DNA of 58,362 nucleotides, the filler included, from Dugesia japonica (lineage: Eukaryota), in the NCBI GenBank assembly GCA_001938525.1. It is 4 parts of 4 records of this genome, joined end to end, with 100 filler letters (N's around TTAATTAATTAA, not from the genome) between each part and the next. Parts side by side here need not be neighbours in the genome. Positions count along the whole stretch, not along the records: positions 1 to 8,849 come from MQRL01609153.1; positions 8,950 to 24,970 come from MQRL01607713.1; 2 more parts are not named here. One strand, 5' to 3'. The notes below the pieces were generated by a model. That model saw only the letters and a list, made by a program, of their open reading frames with translations. It was not told the DNA's origin and did not search any database. Every line of letters begins with the position of its first letter. Position 1 is the stretch's first letter. Shown piece after piece: positions 1 to 12,439 of the stretch. The position numbers and the translations under genes are program-made.

Positions 1-137
1 GCTGTTGTATTTATTGGATTATTTTTCCTAATTGTTGTATTAAAGTTTGTAATATTATATTAATAATAATTGTAATTTTCTTATGGAATTATTTTAATAA
101 TTAATAAATTATCATTATTTTATCAAAAAGTTAATTC

Positions 138-215
138 CTGAAGAAGATAAAAGTCGAAATCTCCTATTAATTAATGGTTAAGTTCAACAAATATTCTCGC
201 AATAATAATTGCAAT
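138..215 (+). repeat. Dispersed repeat copy with minimal hammerhead-ribozyme-like motif (Penelope pLTR-like)
   Basis: CTGAAGA-A-GATAAAAGTC-GAAA followed by ATGGTTAAGTTCAACAAATATTCTCGCAATAAT, also found at about 49035-49065 and inverted at about 38921-38952 and 40985-41020. Confidence 0.5.
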
Positions 216-433
216 TGTCAAGTTTTAAAACCAGTCATGAAGTTTCACTTGATTTTCGCCATGAATTTCTCCATTTTTTAATATCTTACAGTACAGTTAA
301 TGCTTGCATCGATTTTCACTGATTATTTTTTAGGATATATTTTCAGAGTATATTAAAAAGTAATAAAAACATATCATCTACGGCTTACTTTCGGAAAAAT
401 ACAGTATATTTAGTGAAAAATAAAAATACTAAC

Positions 434-751
434 TCAATCCAATTGGCAAAGATTTATCCATTATGACCAAAATACCGCTTCTGTAAGTAGAACCAAATCG
501 TAATTGCAAATAAATAATTGGAGATGCAAATATTAAAAGAAAAATGAATATAGATATTAATGTCCATCCTAAATATAAAAAAGCAATAAAAGATAAGTTT
601 ATAATTGACAACCTGAGCCAAAATAATGATCAATAGGTAATTTGTAAAGTACTGAAATTGAAATGAAACAGAGAACGGCTAAACCAAATTGATACAAATT
701 CCATATAGGTTGAATTCCACTATCATATATAGCATCATCATCATTAATCAT
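434..751 (-). CDS. Divergent SLC6 (sodium:neurotransmitter symporter)-like membrane protein, first two coding exons (3' partial)
   Basis: Exon 1 is 751-613 (ATG; MINDDDAIYDSGIQPIWNLYQFGLAVLCFISISVLYKLPIDHYFGS), then a 44-nt GT..AG intron 612-569, then exon 2 at 568-434 (GWTLISIFIFLLIFASPIIYLQLRFGSTYRSGILVIMDKSLPIGL) ending at a GTTAGT donor. The phase-1 join is in frame. GSGWTLISIFIFLLIFASPIIYLQLRFGSTYRSG...LP parallels the SLC6 TM2 signature GGAFLIPYxxxLxxxGxPxxxxELxLGQxxRxG...xP. Confidence 0.7.
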
Positions 752-957
752 TATTTAAAACCAAATTCAATTTTTAGTATTATAACACAAAAAAAAATGA
801 TAAATAAATAAACCCTCTCTGTAAGAGGAAAATTTTTATTTGAAAATTGATAACTTTTGTTGATAAAAAAATGAAGTATTAAAACAATAGATTTTTTAAT
901 AGTATATTTCAACAAATAATAACAAAACTAGATTATAAATTTTATTCAGTTAAAACT

Positions 958-1533
958 TTACAAAATCTGTCTATCGAGCAAATAAATTAGATCATCATTT
1001 ATTTCGTCTACATAGTTTTTATAAAGATCATCATTTTGAAATATAGTTTCCAAAAATTTTTTGTCAACTAAAATCGACACACAAAAATCAATTTTACTTT
1101 TAGACTTTTCCTTTAAATGATTTTTTGATAAATTTTCTATTATGATTTGAATTTCATTTAATGTTTGAAAAAGTTTGCTGACATTTTTATTCTTTATTTT
1201 TGGATTGTTCAATTCGATAAAGTATCTCGCAGCTTTTGAAATAACCTCAGTCAAATTTTCAATTTTGGTCTTATCGTTTTCATTGAACACATTGTTTTGT
1301 TGAAGAATATGTAATTTAACACTGATTGTAATAACGTATTTTAAAATTTTATTAGCAGTGTGTTTCGATCCTGTATAATTTCGTAAAATTTTATAGAGAT
1401 TATCCACAATTCTCGATGATAATTTATCAGAAAACATTTTGGCTGTTGATCGGCTCGCAAATTTCGATGCTATTTTTTTCTGCATTTTTACCAACATGGA
1501 TTGTGGATTAGATTCCTCAGAATCAGAAGACAT
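958..1533 (-). CDS. TNFAIP8: TNFAIP8/TIPE family (DUF758) helical lipid-binding protein
   Basis: Uninterrupted 191-aa ORF. QKKIASKFASRSTAKMFSDKLSSRIVDNLYKILRNYTGSKHTANKILKYVITISVKLHILQQNNVFN, HLKEKSKSKID and the C-terminal LLDRQIL match TNFAIP8 family motifs (QKKILGKM.SK..A...ID..SS.VLD.LY, HLT.KS..R, LDEENI). AATAAA on the minus strand at 941-946 and 835-840. Confidence 0.92.
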   Translation of the reverse strand: MSSDSEESNPQSMLVKMQKKIASKFASRSTAKMFSDKLSSRIVDNLYKILRNYTGSKHTANKILKYVITISVKLHILQQNNVFNENDKTKIENLTEVISKAARYFIELNNPKIKNKNVSKLFQTLNEIQIIIENLSKNHLKEKSKSKIDFCVSILVDKKFLETIFQNDDLYKNYVDEINDDLIYLLDRQIL

Positions 1534-4529
1534 TTCTAATAAATTAAATTAGTATATATTTATTTCATATATAATAAATTAACTTCCTAATAATGTAAAC
1601 TTAGAATCTATAAATTGTAACGATAATAACACACTTCAATTAGATTGATTTGTGTGTACATATCGAGTTAATTATTTTACATAGATATCATTTTTTTTNN
1701 AAAATTCATTAACAATACATTTAACTAAAAATACTAACTTACTTTCAAACTAAATTAATTTCTTTTTCAAATCACAACTTTAAATGAAATTTTAAAAGTC
1801 AAAAATTTCCTAACTTATCATTTAAACGCTTTTAAAACTTTTTATCAAAATTTTAAATAAATATCATTAAAGTTATTTTTACTATAAATATTAAAAATGT
1901 AAATTTTGAAAACTAACATTACCAGTTTTAATTTTATGACTTGATTAACATATAATCAAATAAGATACGTCATTTACTGAATCATGCGTCTAAGTAAAAT
2001 TAGTTATTACAGTTGTGAGTTAACATAATAATTACCGAAAACCAGATGTAGTTAGTATAATGTTATAACAGTTTGAAGTTTTAAATAAAAAAAAATGTTT
2101 CCTTTATTTTAAATTAACTTGAAAGAATTCCTGAAGAAGATAAATTCGAAAATTTGGAAAAAATAGAAAACATTTTTTGGAAAAGTTTTTGCTATTTTAA
2201 TAATAAAAATTTTAAAAAGAAATATTTTTTTGAAACTTTTTTGATCTACGCCTTAGTTTATTTTCGCAATTTTGAAAATATTTAAATAACTTGAAACTTT
2301 ATAAATAATTTCAATCAAAATGTTTTATTTTTTAAAAGTATATTTAAATCTACTTTTAACAGTTCTAAGAATTATTGATTTAGTAATTCGATTTGATTCA
2401 TATGAATCATATGTGATTGTGTTTTTAGACAACAAATTAATTTTAAATCGAAAGTCATCAAACTAAAGTTACTAATTGAATCCAATTCATTTTGATTAGT
2501 CAAATCGTAGAGATTGAAAATTTTAAAATGCAATTAAATTATAAAGTATTCAACATTTTGGAATAAATAGAATGGTATTTTAAAAATCCAATGTTTAGAA
2601 AATAATTACAAATTATTTAAAACCTTTTAATTGCTATCCTATAATGTAGGCCAAATGTTTAAAACTGGAATAATTATATAAATGCCCTATATATTAGATA
2701 CAGAATATTGTGCCAATAGTTGGTGTAAAGTAACTCAGATATTCATTCAATATTTATTAGCCGATATTGTTTATTAACTCCGATAAAATAAGATAATTAA
2801 TTAAATACATAAATTATCCATAATAAGATTTTAAAAAAAGTGTACAAATTTTAATGACAAACTTCAATAGGATAAATGCATATTTTAACATTTTAATTTT
2901 ATTTCCGGTTATTATTTTTAATCCCGAATACGATAAAATATCAGAAAGAGCTAATCGAATAAATTTCCGACAGGAGTAATATGCTAATTACAACTGATGG
3001 ATATTACAGGCAATAAGCCTGACTCTAGAAATGAATGAGTAAAAAATGAGTAAAAATGTGTGTGGGAATTTAATAAAATCAATTATTGAAAAGGTTTGAT
3101 GTTAGGTAAATAATGCATGGAATAATATAAGTAGTGAGACGATTAATAGTGATTTGTGCATTTTGTTTAAAATTTTTCTGAAACATTAATCTACAAGCAT
3201 GAACTTTATGGTTATAAATTATAAAAACTTTTGGAAAATACAACAACTTACCCTACCAAATAAACAAAAAAACAATTGAAGAAAACGATTCTCAGTGCGA
3301 AAAATTAGTTACAAAAATAATTTGTGGTTTTTAATTTTAGTAGTAATAATACATTTTTACAATTTATTCCTTTTTACTATATTACTAAGGTCAAGAAATT
3401 GTTTTTCTTCTTCGAATACAAGCTATACTTTTGTTTTGTTTGATTTTTTTGACAGAAAAAATACAAGACTTTTGCGTAATATGAGAAACACCGTAACGCT
3501 TTATTGCAATTACTTTATATGAACCAAATACCTATCTTACAAGTTGTTTGTGGTAATATTATAACCGAAAGTGATAAGTAAATTTTTGTATAGTTGTAAC
3601 GGTTGGATATTATAAAAAAATAAATAATTATCTTATGATAATAAAAAAGTATTATTTATTAAATAATTGTTCGCCATTACTTCTTTTACTTTTTTTGGGA
3701 TTCTAGGCTTTTGATGTTTGATCCAAGTTTCCTTTTCCAGGAATTTTCATTCATATAAGCGTCATTTGTACTATCAGTCTAAGGGTCAACCTAGAATCTA
3801 TAAGGATTTATGAAACCTCTGTGCCATGCCCCTTTTCCTAGATTCAGCGAGACTTTGAGGTATTGCATCTTACTCATTCTGCAGTTCATAAACAACAAAG
3901 CTGATGCTTAGTACATTTAGTTTGAATTTTTTTTCATAACCCACTATGAAAGTACTGGTCACTGACCATACATAGCCGACATATAAATAAGCTCGATTAA
4001 CATCTAAATTTTATTAACACATATCAGACATCCAAATCCACGAAATTGCACTTGTCCCCCAGTTCTGCTTTGGCGGTTTGGAAGAATAATCACAATACTC
4101 TAAGCGTATAGAATAATTCATCCTCCCGCTCCACATTTACTTTTATTAATTCAGCCATTAGTCGATTGGCACACTGGATCGCCACTTCCCTTGTTTTGTA
4201 TTGAAATTTGTTCGCTTCTAATTTACTATGTAGCAGTAGGTAGATAGTGGCGCATCAACACACCCATTATTTTTTGGGCTGAAGATTTTTTTACTTTTTT
4301 TTACGTTTTACTTTTTTAAAAAACTTTTGAAATTTGATTTTTGTAATCACTTTTTGTTTTAATTGTATAAAATTTGGTATTGTTGGAATTGTAACTTGAT
4401 GACGCACTTAATTATTGGATTAAAAATTTTGTGGTACGTCACAGTGAAAGGTTATTTCAAATTTGAATTTTTAAAAACCGATTCAATTATTCGTAAAATT
4501 AACTAGTACCTATACATGACATAAAGGAC

Positions 4530-5160
4530 TACTATAAAAAAATGATTTGTTTCGGAGATAAGAGTTGTAGCTTATCAACCAGCCTCCTTAGTCCTCGAAG
4601 GAAAGGTGGTAAGAAATTTAACTTAAGATATGTAGATGCAGAATTTAATTCGAAGAACTTTTGTCTTCTCCAAATTTTCGGTTTGTGTTTCGGCGGCACA
4701 AATATTCCCTTGAAATTTTTAAAATGATCTAAAATAAATTTTCGTTTCAAAGTTTCCTTCTTTTCAGCACAACCTTCACATTTCCATAAAAATGTTAATG
4801 TCGACTCCAGTCAAATGCTTTATTTTAAAAGTAATCAATTCTGGCGAGCAATATACTAATTCCTTCCGATGGGATGAGTACATTGCCTCAAGTAATTCGA
4901 TAAATAAATCTAAAACTAATTAATATTATTCAAAATAATTAAATAATATCTAGATCGAATACATTTTTAGATGTTACTAAAATTTTGATACCTTTCTTGA
5001 TCAAAATTTCTTTTACAACTATTTCTCCATCTTGTTTAATTTCCTTATTACCCATTTCTGTATCAACAAATTCTAAATCTGTTTCTTCATCTTCTTCGTT
5101 TTGATGACTGTCTTCATTTTGAGGAATTTCTTCATTCTGTTGAACCTCTACCAATTTTTC
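4530..5160 (-). mobile_element. Decayed integrase-like (KRBA2/SCAND3/Ginger-type) transposase remnant
   Basis: An acidic ORF (4939-5154) is followed by broken frames containing H...CEGC.EKK, resembling the integrase zinc-binding CxxC. No intact DDE core is seen. Confidence 0.3.
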
Positions 5161-5607
5161 AAAGTTAATGTTATAAATCGTTTCAAATATTAAAACAATG
5201 AATTTATTTAAATTATTTTACCAATATATGGCTCTTGATAATTAATCAATTTTTAAAATGATGAATTTAATCACTTTATCGCTGAAACAAATGGAATTGT
5301 TAAAACAAGTCGAGAATATAAGTCGTGAAAATCAAGAAATTGAGGGCCAATACATGCAAAAATTGACAGTTTAAAAATTCCAAAAATTCTTTCAACGAAT
5401 AATAAATACTTAACTGTTAATTATGAAGATTATTTGAAAAAGCTACAAAGCACACAAAGTTAACACATTGGAGAGAGTTCGAATAAGTATAGAATTTAAA
5501 GAATTATAAAAACTGGAGGTAAAATATTTTGTTTTATTTCAAATTAAATATATTTATTTTAGATTTCTTTTACCATGGACCAAGTTCTGAAGATCATTGG
5601 GCGCCAT

Positions 5608-8365
5608 CAGGACCGTCTTAAGAAATTCAGCGCCCAAGGGTTACTAAAAATAATGCGCCCATCTTCGTAAGAAAATTCACAGAATTACAAACGGGAGCGG
5701 GGTGTCCTACAAAGTTATACAAAAGTGTCAGAACTAGAAAATGTCAATTTATAACCTATATATACTAAAAAAAACACAAAATTGAATTAAATAAAATTAA
5801 AAAACCTTAAAGAACAAAAACAAACCTTAATGCAAACAAGAAACAAAAGTAACCTATATATTTATTTTCCTAGCTTTTTCTTTGGCAAACTAATCAATAA
5901 TATCACTCATATTTAAGTTATCAAATAANNNNNNNNNNNNNNNNNNNNNNNNNNNNNNNNNNNNNNNNNNNNNNNNNNNNNNNNNNNNNNNNNNNNNNNN
6001 NNTTTTATTGCTGAAAATGATCTTTCGCCACTGCAGTTTGTAGTGGCGATACTTAAAAAGATGCGCAGTGCTGTGGCCACGTTTGGAAATGTAGATTCAA
6101 TTTTCAATTCGATCATTGTCTTTAAACTTAGGTCTGCAGTAGATATATTTTCAGTATTTTCCAATAAACTCATATATTTAAAACGTAGGCATTCTTCAAT
6201 AAAGTTATTTTCTAAATCTCTCTGATACATTTCGCAAAACTTTGCAGCATGCTTTCTAATTATGTCTTCATTTATATTTCTAAATTGACCAGAAACCCAA
6301 ATATTGAATTAAAGGTATCATAAGCACACTTTCTCTTTTGTACTTCTGCTAGAAGTTGATAAATAATAGCATAATATGTGTTTATGTGGAATTCGTCATT
6401 AGCATCAAATTTTAACTCTCCCAACATATTTTCGTCGAACTGTCTTTTTCTTTTTCGTATTTTTTTGTATTCATCACAGCCAGATAGTTTTATACCTTCT
6501 GATTTTGTAAAGGTTAAATGATTCTATATTTCGTTTAGAATTTACAAATTTTTCTAAAGAAGCATATAATATAATAATGCTTTCAATTGTAGTATCAACT
6601 TTTTGAAGTGATATATTAGTTTTATCTATGATTTCTAGTATTTCACTCCAAAAAGCTATCATAATAGTAGTTTCCAGTTAGTTGAACTCATTTATCAACC
6701 TCTGAGCTTCAACTTTTGTTGCAGGCTTTTGAAAATTATCTTCGTCAATTTTATTCAAAGCATCGTTAACATTTTCATAACCGAAAAGCACTGCTTTCAC
6801 CGAATAAGTTCTTGCTAACCAACGAGTGTCACTTAAATTTTTGGGAACTTTATTTTTTGCTGTAAGTGTATTTTTTAAAATTTCCCATCTTTATGTTGAC
6901 GCGGCAAAGAAATGATATAAATTTTGTAGAAATAAAAATAATTTAGTTGCTTGTTCGCAGCATTCCGCTGCCAATTGTTCAACTAAATTTAAAGTGTGTG
7001 CTGCACAGAGCACGTAAATGGCAATATTGTATCTAGATTTAATGCGTGCTTGGAGACCGCTGTATATACCAAACATATTAGAGGCATTATCATAAGATTG
7101 ACCTCTACAAGCTTCCAAACTAATATCTAAATCAGATAATACCTTTAAAATACAATCTTGCATTTCTGCGCTCTTATGGCCACTATTTTCTAGAAATTTT
7201 AAAATCCTTTCAACGGGTGTTCTATTTTTATTGACATATCTTACGACAATGATTAATTGATCCATATCGGACATATTGGGCGTCGAATCTACTATAATGA
7301 AGTAATATTTTTCGTCTTTTAATTCCGTGATAATAAAACTCCTCACATTTCTGCCCAATATTTTACAAACTCATCGCAAATATTTGCAGATACATAATAA
7401 ATATGCCCGGTGTCGTTTTTTGCAAAATTAAATATATGTTGTTGTAAAATTTTGCTAAAAGTTCTAAACCACCTAAATAATTCCCATTGTGTTTATCATT
7501 AATAGTTTGATTTTCTCCTCTAAAAGCCAACCCTCTAGAACTTAAAAATTTGATTACTTNNNNNNNNNNNNNNNNNNNNNNNNNNNNNNNNNNNNNNNNN
7601 NNNNNNNNNNNNNNNNNNNNNNNNNNNNNNNNNNNNCTCATTTAGTTGTAGATCTGTTCACAAGTATACGGGTGTTTTCTTTATACAGGGCCGAATTTTT
7701 ATGGCCCGAAAACTTTTCGATTTGTTTCCAATCTTTGAAACCTGTACTAAATGGATTATTCGCACTACCAAATAATTTGAAAGGGATGCAATAACATTTT
7801 CTTGAAGTATTTGAGTACAAAAGCCAGTTTCTTTTTTGTTGTTTCCCTTTTAGTAAATGACTATAAAATATCATTTTTGTAGCATACCTGCTCTATGATT
7901 TGTAGACCACTTTAGATGCAGTAAAGTCTAGATTTTGAATATCTACATCTAGGTTAGATATTTTCTTAATTATATTTGTACTTTTATGTTCGCTTAATTA
8001 TCCGCATAATGCAAAATAATCATAATTAACATTCAACATATTACTAAGTCCACCTTCATCTAAATATCCTCCTTCCTGATCTTCTAGGCGTGGCTGTTGC
8101 AGTTTTTTTGCACCTGGCCTTCTTGCTGTTGTGTCTGGTTTTCTTCTAATCCCTTCACATTTAATTGTTGGGCATTATTGTCATACTGTTGTTGATTGTT
8201 TTCTTTTCCCTCTTTGTGTTGCTCATTCTGTGTAATTTCAACAGAAAGTGTTTCGCCTTTTTTAAAGAAATTTGTTAATGTAGGCACTTTTCTCCTCACT
8301 TCTCCCTCTTTCTTTAATTTATGATTGGCAGAACAGATAACTTTTTTCGATTATGTTCCATGATT
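5608..8365 (-). mobile_element. hAT DNA transposon (ZMYM1/DUF4371-type transposase), frameshifted
   Basis: Broken ORFs carry the TTF zinc finger (RNWLLYS..CYC..KLF), LAFRG..GNYLG.LELLA, IIVDSTP..DQL.IVVRYV, GQSYDNASNM.G, CAAHTLNL, DTRW and the hATC dimerisation motif FPNVATALRIFLSIATTNCSGERSFS. A CAGGACCGTCTTAAG hAT-like terminus lies at 5608. Confidence 0.9.
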
Positions 8366-8849
8366 AGCCTTCTTACTTAATAAAATAAAACATTGTTTTC
8401 ATAGTTAACGCTCTTATCAGTTATTATACAAATTAAAAATGTAATGGACTATTAAAACATTACACCGAAACTGAGAAATGACAGTTTAATATTATATTTA
8501 AAAATAAAATATGCAATGTATAAAATTTTTTGCTTTCATATCTAGTTTATAGTTTTCAACTTCCAATTCACCTTACTCATTCGATAAATACTAAAATACT
8601 AAAATTATATCAACTTTATTTTTGTCGTTTAATCTTTATTAAGTTACGCATCAGTAACTTGTTCTTATCTTTTACTAAGATTTTTAAAATAATACAAATT
8701 ACGTTTAGATAAAGAAATACACCTAGACGGCGAGTATACATAGGTGGTCTGTTTCAGTAGCGTAGCCAGGAATATATGAAGGGGGGAGTTTTAATTTTTT
8801 GTCAAAATTTTTGTTTTTGCTTACTAACATAAAACAACAAAGACGCCAA

Positions 8850-8949
8850 NNNNNNNNNNNNNNNNNNNNNNNNNNNNNNNNNNNNNNNNNNNNTTAATTA
8901 ATTAANNNNNNNNNNNNNNNNNNNNNNNNNNNNNNNNNNNNNNNNNNNN
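8850..8949. other. Artificial scaffold-joining linker N44-TTAATTAATTAA-N44
   Basis: A six-frame stop 12-mer at 8894-8905 flanked by 44 Ns each side; the identical construct occurs three times. Confidence 0.95.
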
Positions 8950-9191
8950 GACTAAATTAACATTCTGACATTTATCGATAATTTATTTTTATGTTTTATA
9001 TGTGCAGTTGTAATAATTTCTTTAATTCTATTTTTTATATTTTTATACAATTATAATAAATTTTATAATTTTCATTACAAATTAAATTGTATATTATATT
9101 GATTACAATTTCAATATTAACCGTAAACAATTTGTTATCTACTAATGATATTAATGAATCCATGAATTGCTAAAAACTTCTAAATATAAAC

Positions 9192-9665
9192 CAGCGTTTT
9201 CCAAACTATGAGACGGGCCTCCTTAGGGAGGCACGAATATTAGTCACAGTGAGTAATTTTCCAAATGACTGCTAAAGTTTTATCTGTAAGAAATGGAAGA
9301 ATAAATAATAAAATATTTTTATTGACAAGCACATCCATCTCATTAAAAAACAATAATAAAATATCGTTATTATTTAGCTCGTTTAGTTATAGAAAAAGTG
9401 CTACAAGTAGCTATTTCGTCACTAACACCAAGATTTGATAAACTATGTGCTACTAGACATATGTACACATTCATCTCATTAAAAAAACAATAATAAAATA
9501 TCGTTATTATTTTGTTTTGTTTTCCATTATTTTTTATTAATGAATTTTTTAGCAGTAAAAATTTTTGTGTTTGTATTATGTTATGAAATTGAGGAGGGAG
9601 AGGAGGCGCCAAATGATTAAATATTTTGAAGGGAGGCGTAGTAACATCAAGTTTTGAAACCACTG
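9192..9665. mobile_element. hAT-type MITE with 8-bp target-site duplication
   Basis: Imperfect TIRs CAGCGTTTTCCAAACT ... AGTTTTGAAACCACTG. Perfect TSD ATATAAAC at 9184-9191 and 9666-9673. Internal ~45-bp direct duplication (about 9330-9375 and 9466-9512). Confidence 0.85.
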
Positions 9666-10349
9666 ATATAAACAACGGAAACTTTTTATAATTTGAATAT
9701 AAAATTTTTAATTTAGTTGTAGAATTTTATGACAGATAGTGGAAATTTGTATGTATTTTTATTATGCATGCGTTACGATCGCTAGTATAAATAGCAATGT
9801 ATTTTAATTAATTATGAATTGTAGAAAAACTCAATCTTTTATTTTGAACGATCCAGTGTAAAAATATTAATTTATTTTGTAGTCACTATTTGTCTTAGTT
9901 AATAAATTGTTTAAAGTGGTTTTGCTACTATTCATATTGGACTCATTATATAAGATGTTTATAGCGATATTATGCTATCTATATTAAACTTATTAAGGTT
10001 CCATAGGAATATTTATATAACTACAGTATACTAATAAAATTTAATTAAATATATTATTGTTGATCTGTTTCGGAAAATAACACGTAAACCAAAATATGGA
10101 TTATAATAAAATAACATATAAACCCACACACTTGTTGATTTGCTTTAACACTAATCCCTTAAGCATCTCAAAACTACAATAATGTACCATCATTTATCTG
10201 CAATGTTTCGCTACCTTTGTTGAAATCTTTCTACTCCAGGATCAACCCATTCGGTAGTAAGGGTTTACTATAAAGAAATTTATCATCTATTACGACTACG
10301 TTCTCATGAAGCTCCTGTAAAATTCGTCGTGCCCATTCTCCCTATATAT

Positions 10350-10490
10350 TTTTCTGATAGCTGTTTAACGTGTGAGACATCAACCTGGCACAAATATTCT
10401 GCTTGTTCAGATCATATCGAAGAATGCTTTGTTTTGTTAACTAGCTCAATCATGTTTGCAAACAGAAAGAATTGATGGTCATCTAATAAA
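10350..10490 (-). pseudogene. Mariner transposase fragment
   Basis: Minus-strand translation SILRYDLNKQNICARLMSHTLNSYQK resembles the mariner motif IL..DL..RK.CARWVPH.L...QK. Confidence 0.6.
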
Positions 10491-10721
10491 CTATAATAAT
10501 AATATATATGCTACAGCCTAATATAATGAAATTTAAAATTTATGAAAAATAAAAATAAAAAATAAAAGGGAATTAAAATANNNNNNNNNNNNNNNNNNNN
10601 NNNNNNNNNNNNNNNNNNNNNNNNNNNNNNNNNNNNNNNNNNNNNNNNNNNNNNNNNNNNNNNNNNNNNNNNNNNNNNAAATTTTCCATCCAACATGTTA
10701 TGAATATTATATATAATTAAG

Positions 10722-11136
10722 GTATTATGGGATTTTGACAAAATTCAAGAATTGAAATGGTTCACTATTCACAATCTAGAAATTAATTGGGATTTATCTT
10801 TGAGTTTATTAAAAAAAGTAAAAATAATTTAGAATTCTTTTTTTTATTTTGGTTATTAGTCTTTGTTAGATAAAAGTATTTTGGATGCAGAACTGACTGA
10901 TTCTCAAATGGAAGAATTTTATAGAATTTGTCTAGAAATCAATTATCCAATTGTGAAGCATATTTCCATTGAAAACGGTGCAATTTAAACATTTTTACTT
11001 TATTAATTTTAAGTCTATTAAATTTTTTTCTGAAAAATAATCCAGAAAAATTGAACATAATATACAAAGTCAAAGATGAATTGTTGTCGGAGAGAAATTC
11101 ACGAAGTCTTACAATGCTTGATTACATATTTAGGAA
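10722..11136 (+). CDS. Three-exon chain of an unidentified helical protein (possibly gasdermin C-terminal-like; may be a pseudogene)
   Basis: Exons 10722-10817 (VLWDFDKIQELKWFTIHNLEINWDLSLSLLKK), 10860-10977 (SLLDKSILDAELTDSQMEEFYRICLEINYPIVKHISIEN) and 11046-11136 (EKLNIIYKVKDELLSERNSRSLTMLDYIFR) are joined in frame by GT..AG introns of 42 and 68 nt. Confidence 0.5.
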
Positions 11137-11274
11137 GTAAAACCGTATCGCAATTTCATTGGATAATAAAAATTCTTACTTAATTGTTTCTTATATCTCT
11201 ATAGCGAACAAAATCTATTTTGTCATTTCTAGTGTTTCTTATAGACAGGTTTGACTGTATATTAATAAAAAAAA

Positions 11275-11278
11275 TAAA

Positions 11279-11343
<65 letters not shown>

Positions 11344-11475
11344 NNNNNNNNNNNNNNNNNNNNNNNNNNNNNNNNNNNNNNNNNNNNNNNNNNNNNNNNN
11401 NNNNNNNNNNNNNNNNNNNNNNNNNNNNNNNNNNNNNNNNNNNNNNNNNNNNNNNNNNNNNNNNNNNNNNNNNNN

Positions 11476-11545
<70 letters not shown>
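11275..11545. repeat. (AAT)n / (TAT)n-(CAT)n microsatellites flanking a gap
   Basis: Trinucleotide runs are directly visible. Confidence 0.95.
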
Positions 11546-12120
11546 CTATACCTGAAAATGATAGTTAACCTATTGAAAGATCTTTTACCAAAATATATTT
11601 TAAAATAGCGCTTGAAGTCAACTTTTAAATGTAGATCGAAAATGGATAATTGAGATAAAAAAATCAAATAAAAACCTATTTAAAATTTGAAGAATTATTA
11701 CAAAATAACTTTGTAAAATAACAAATTGTGATTTATACCTATTGAAACAATTTTCTCAGTTAAATATTTTCGAAATATTTCGCCAAAATATATTTGTATT
11801 TTTAGATCTTTTCAATTTATCGTGTGACGTTAAAAATATCTGGTTAGTATTTTAATTATTTTATTTTATGCCATCAAAATATATTTATTTAGGTTTTATT
11901 TATAATAATAAAGAAGAGTTAATTATTAAATAAACTTTTTAGCTTAAAATAGCTTAGAGAAAAAATATTTTCTAGAATATAAATAATACTAAAATTAAAT
12001 TTGCATTTTTTCATCTGTCATATTTTTTGTTTAATCAACCATTGATCTGTAATTAAATAATTTGAATATTTTTATGANNNNNNNNNNNNNNNTGAAGATG
12101 CGAAAAAATCTTTTGTTATG

Positions 12121-12210
12121 TTATTCCTAATTTTCGATTGTCTTCTTCAAGGGCGAATAATTAAGTGAAACACTCTTGAAGAAGACAACAGTCGGAAATT
12201 TGGGATAACT
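12121..12210. repeat. Inverted pair of hammerhead-like motifs
   Basis: TTTTCGATTGTCTTCTTCAAG (minus copy) ... CTTGAAGAAGACAACAGTCGGAAATTT (plus copy). Confidence 0.5.
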
Positions 12211-12439
12211 TTAATATAAATAAAATTTGATCCACTCATTAGTTTTCGTATATTTTCATAAAATTATTCAATTTAATATAATTATTTAAAAAATTATTGT
12301 ACATTAAAACAAATATTGCACTACATTAGGTAATAAATAACGACAAACTTAAATACTAATTATCATTTTTTATCTTAGAAATATTTGCTACTGATAATTT
12401 ATGAGAAACAGTCTTTTTAGAATAATTTACAAGGTTTAC

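Noticed and set aside
3295-3522. Short hydrophobic ORFs (also 8530, 27241, 28635, 32486, 34183, 50433, 50916, 53580)
   Set aside because: F/I/L/N-rich ORFs are expected by chance in AT-rich or minisatellite DNA, or lie antisense to transposons; there is no splice or motif support.
11138-11140. Stop-codon reassignment suggested by the in-frame TAA
   Set aside because: TNFAIP8 ends at TAA at the expected family C-terminus, and the gasdermin and cadherin exons contain no internal stops; the standard code fits.
11220-11667. Poly-N/I/Y/H/D ORFs (also at 18297, 22447 and 40405) and X-rich ORFs
   Set aside because: They are translations of microsatellites and N gaps.
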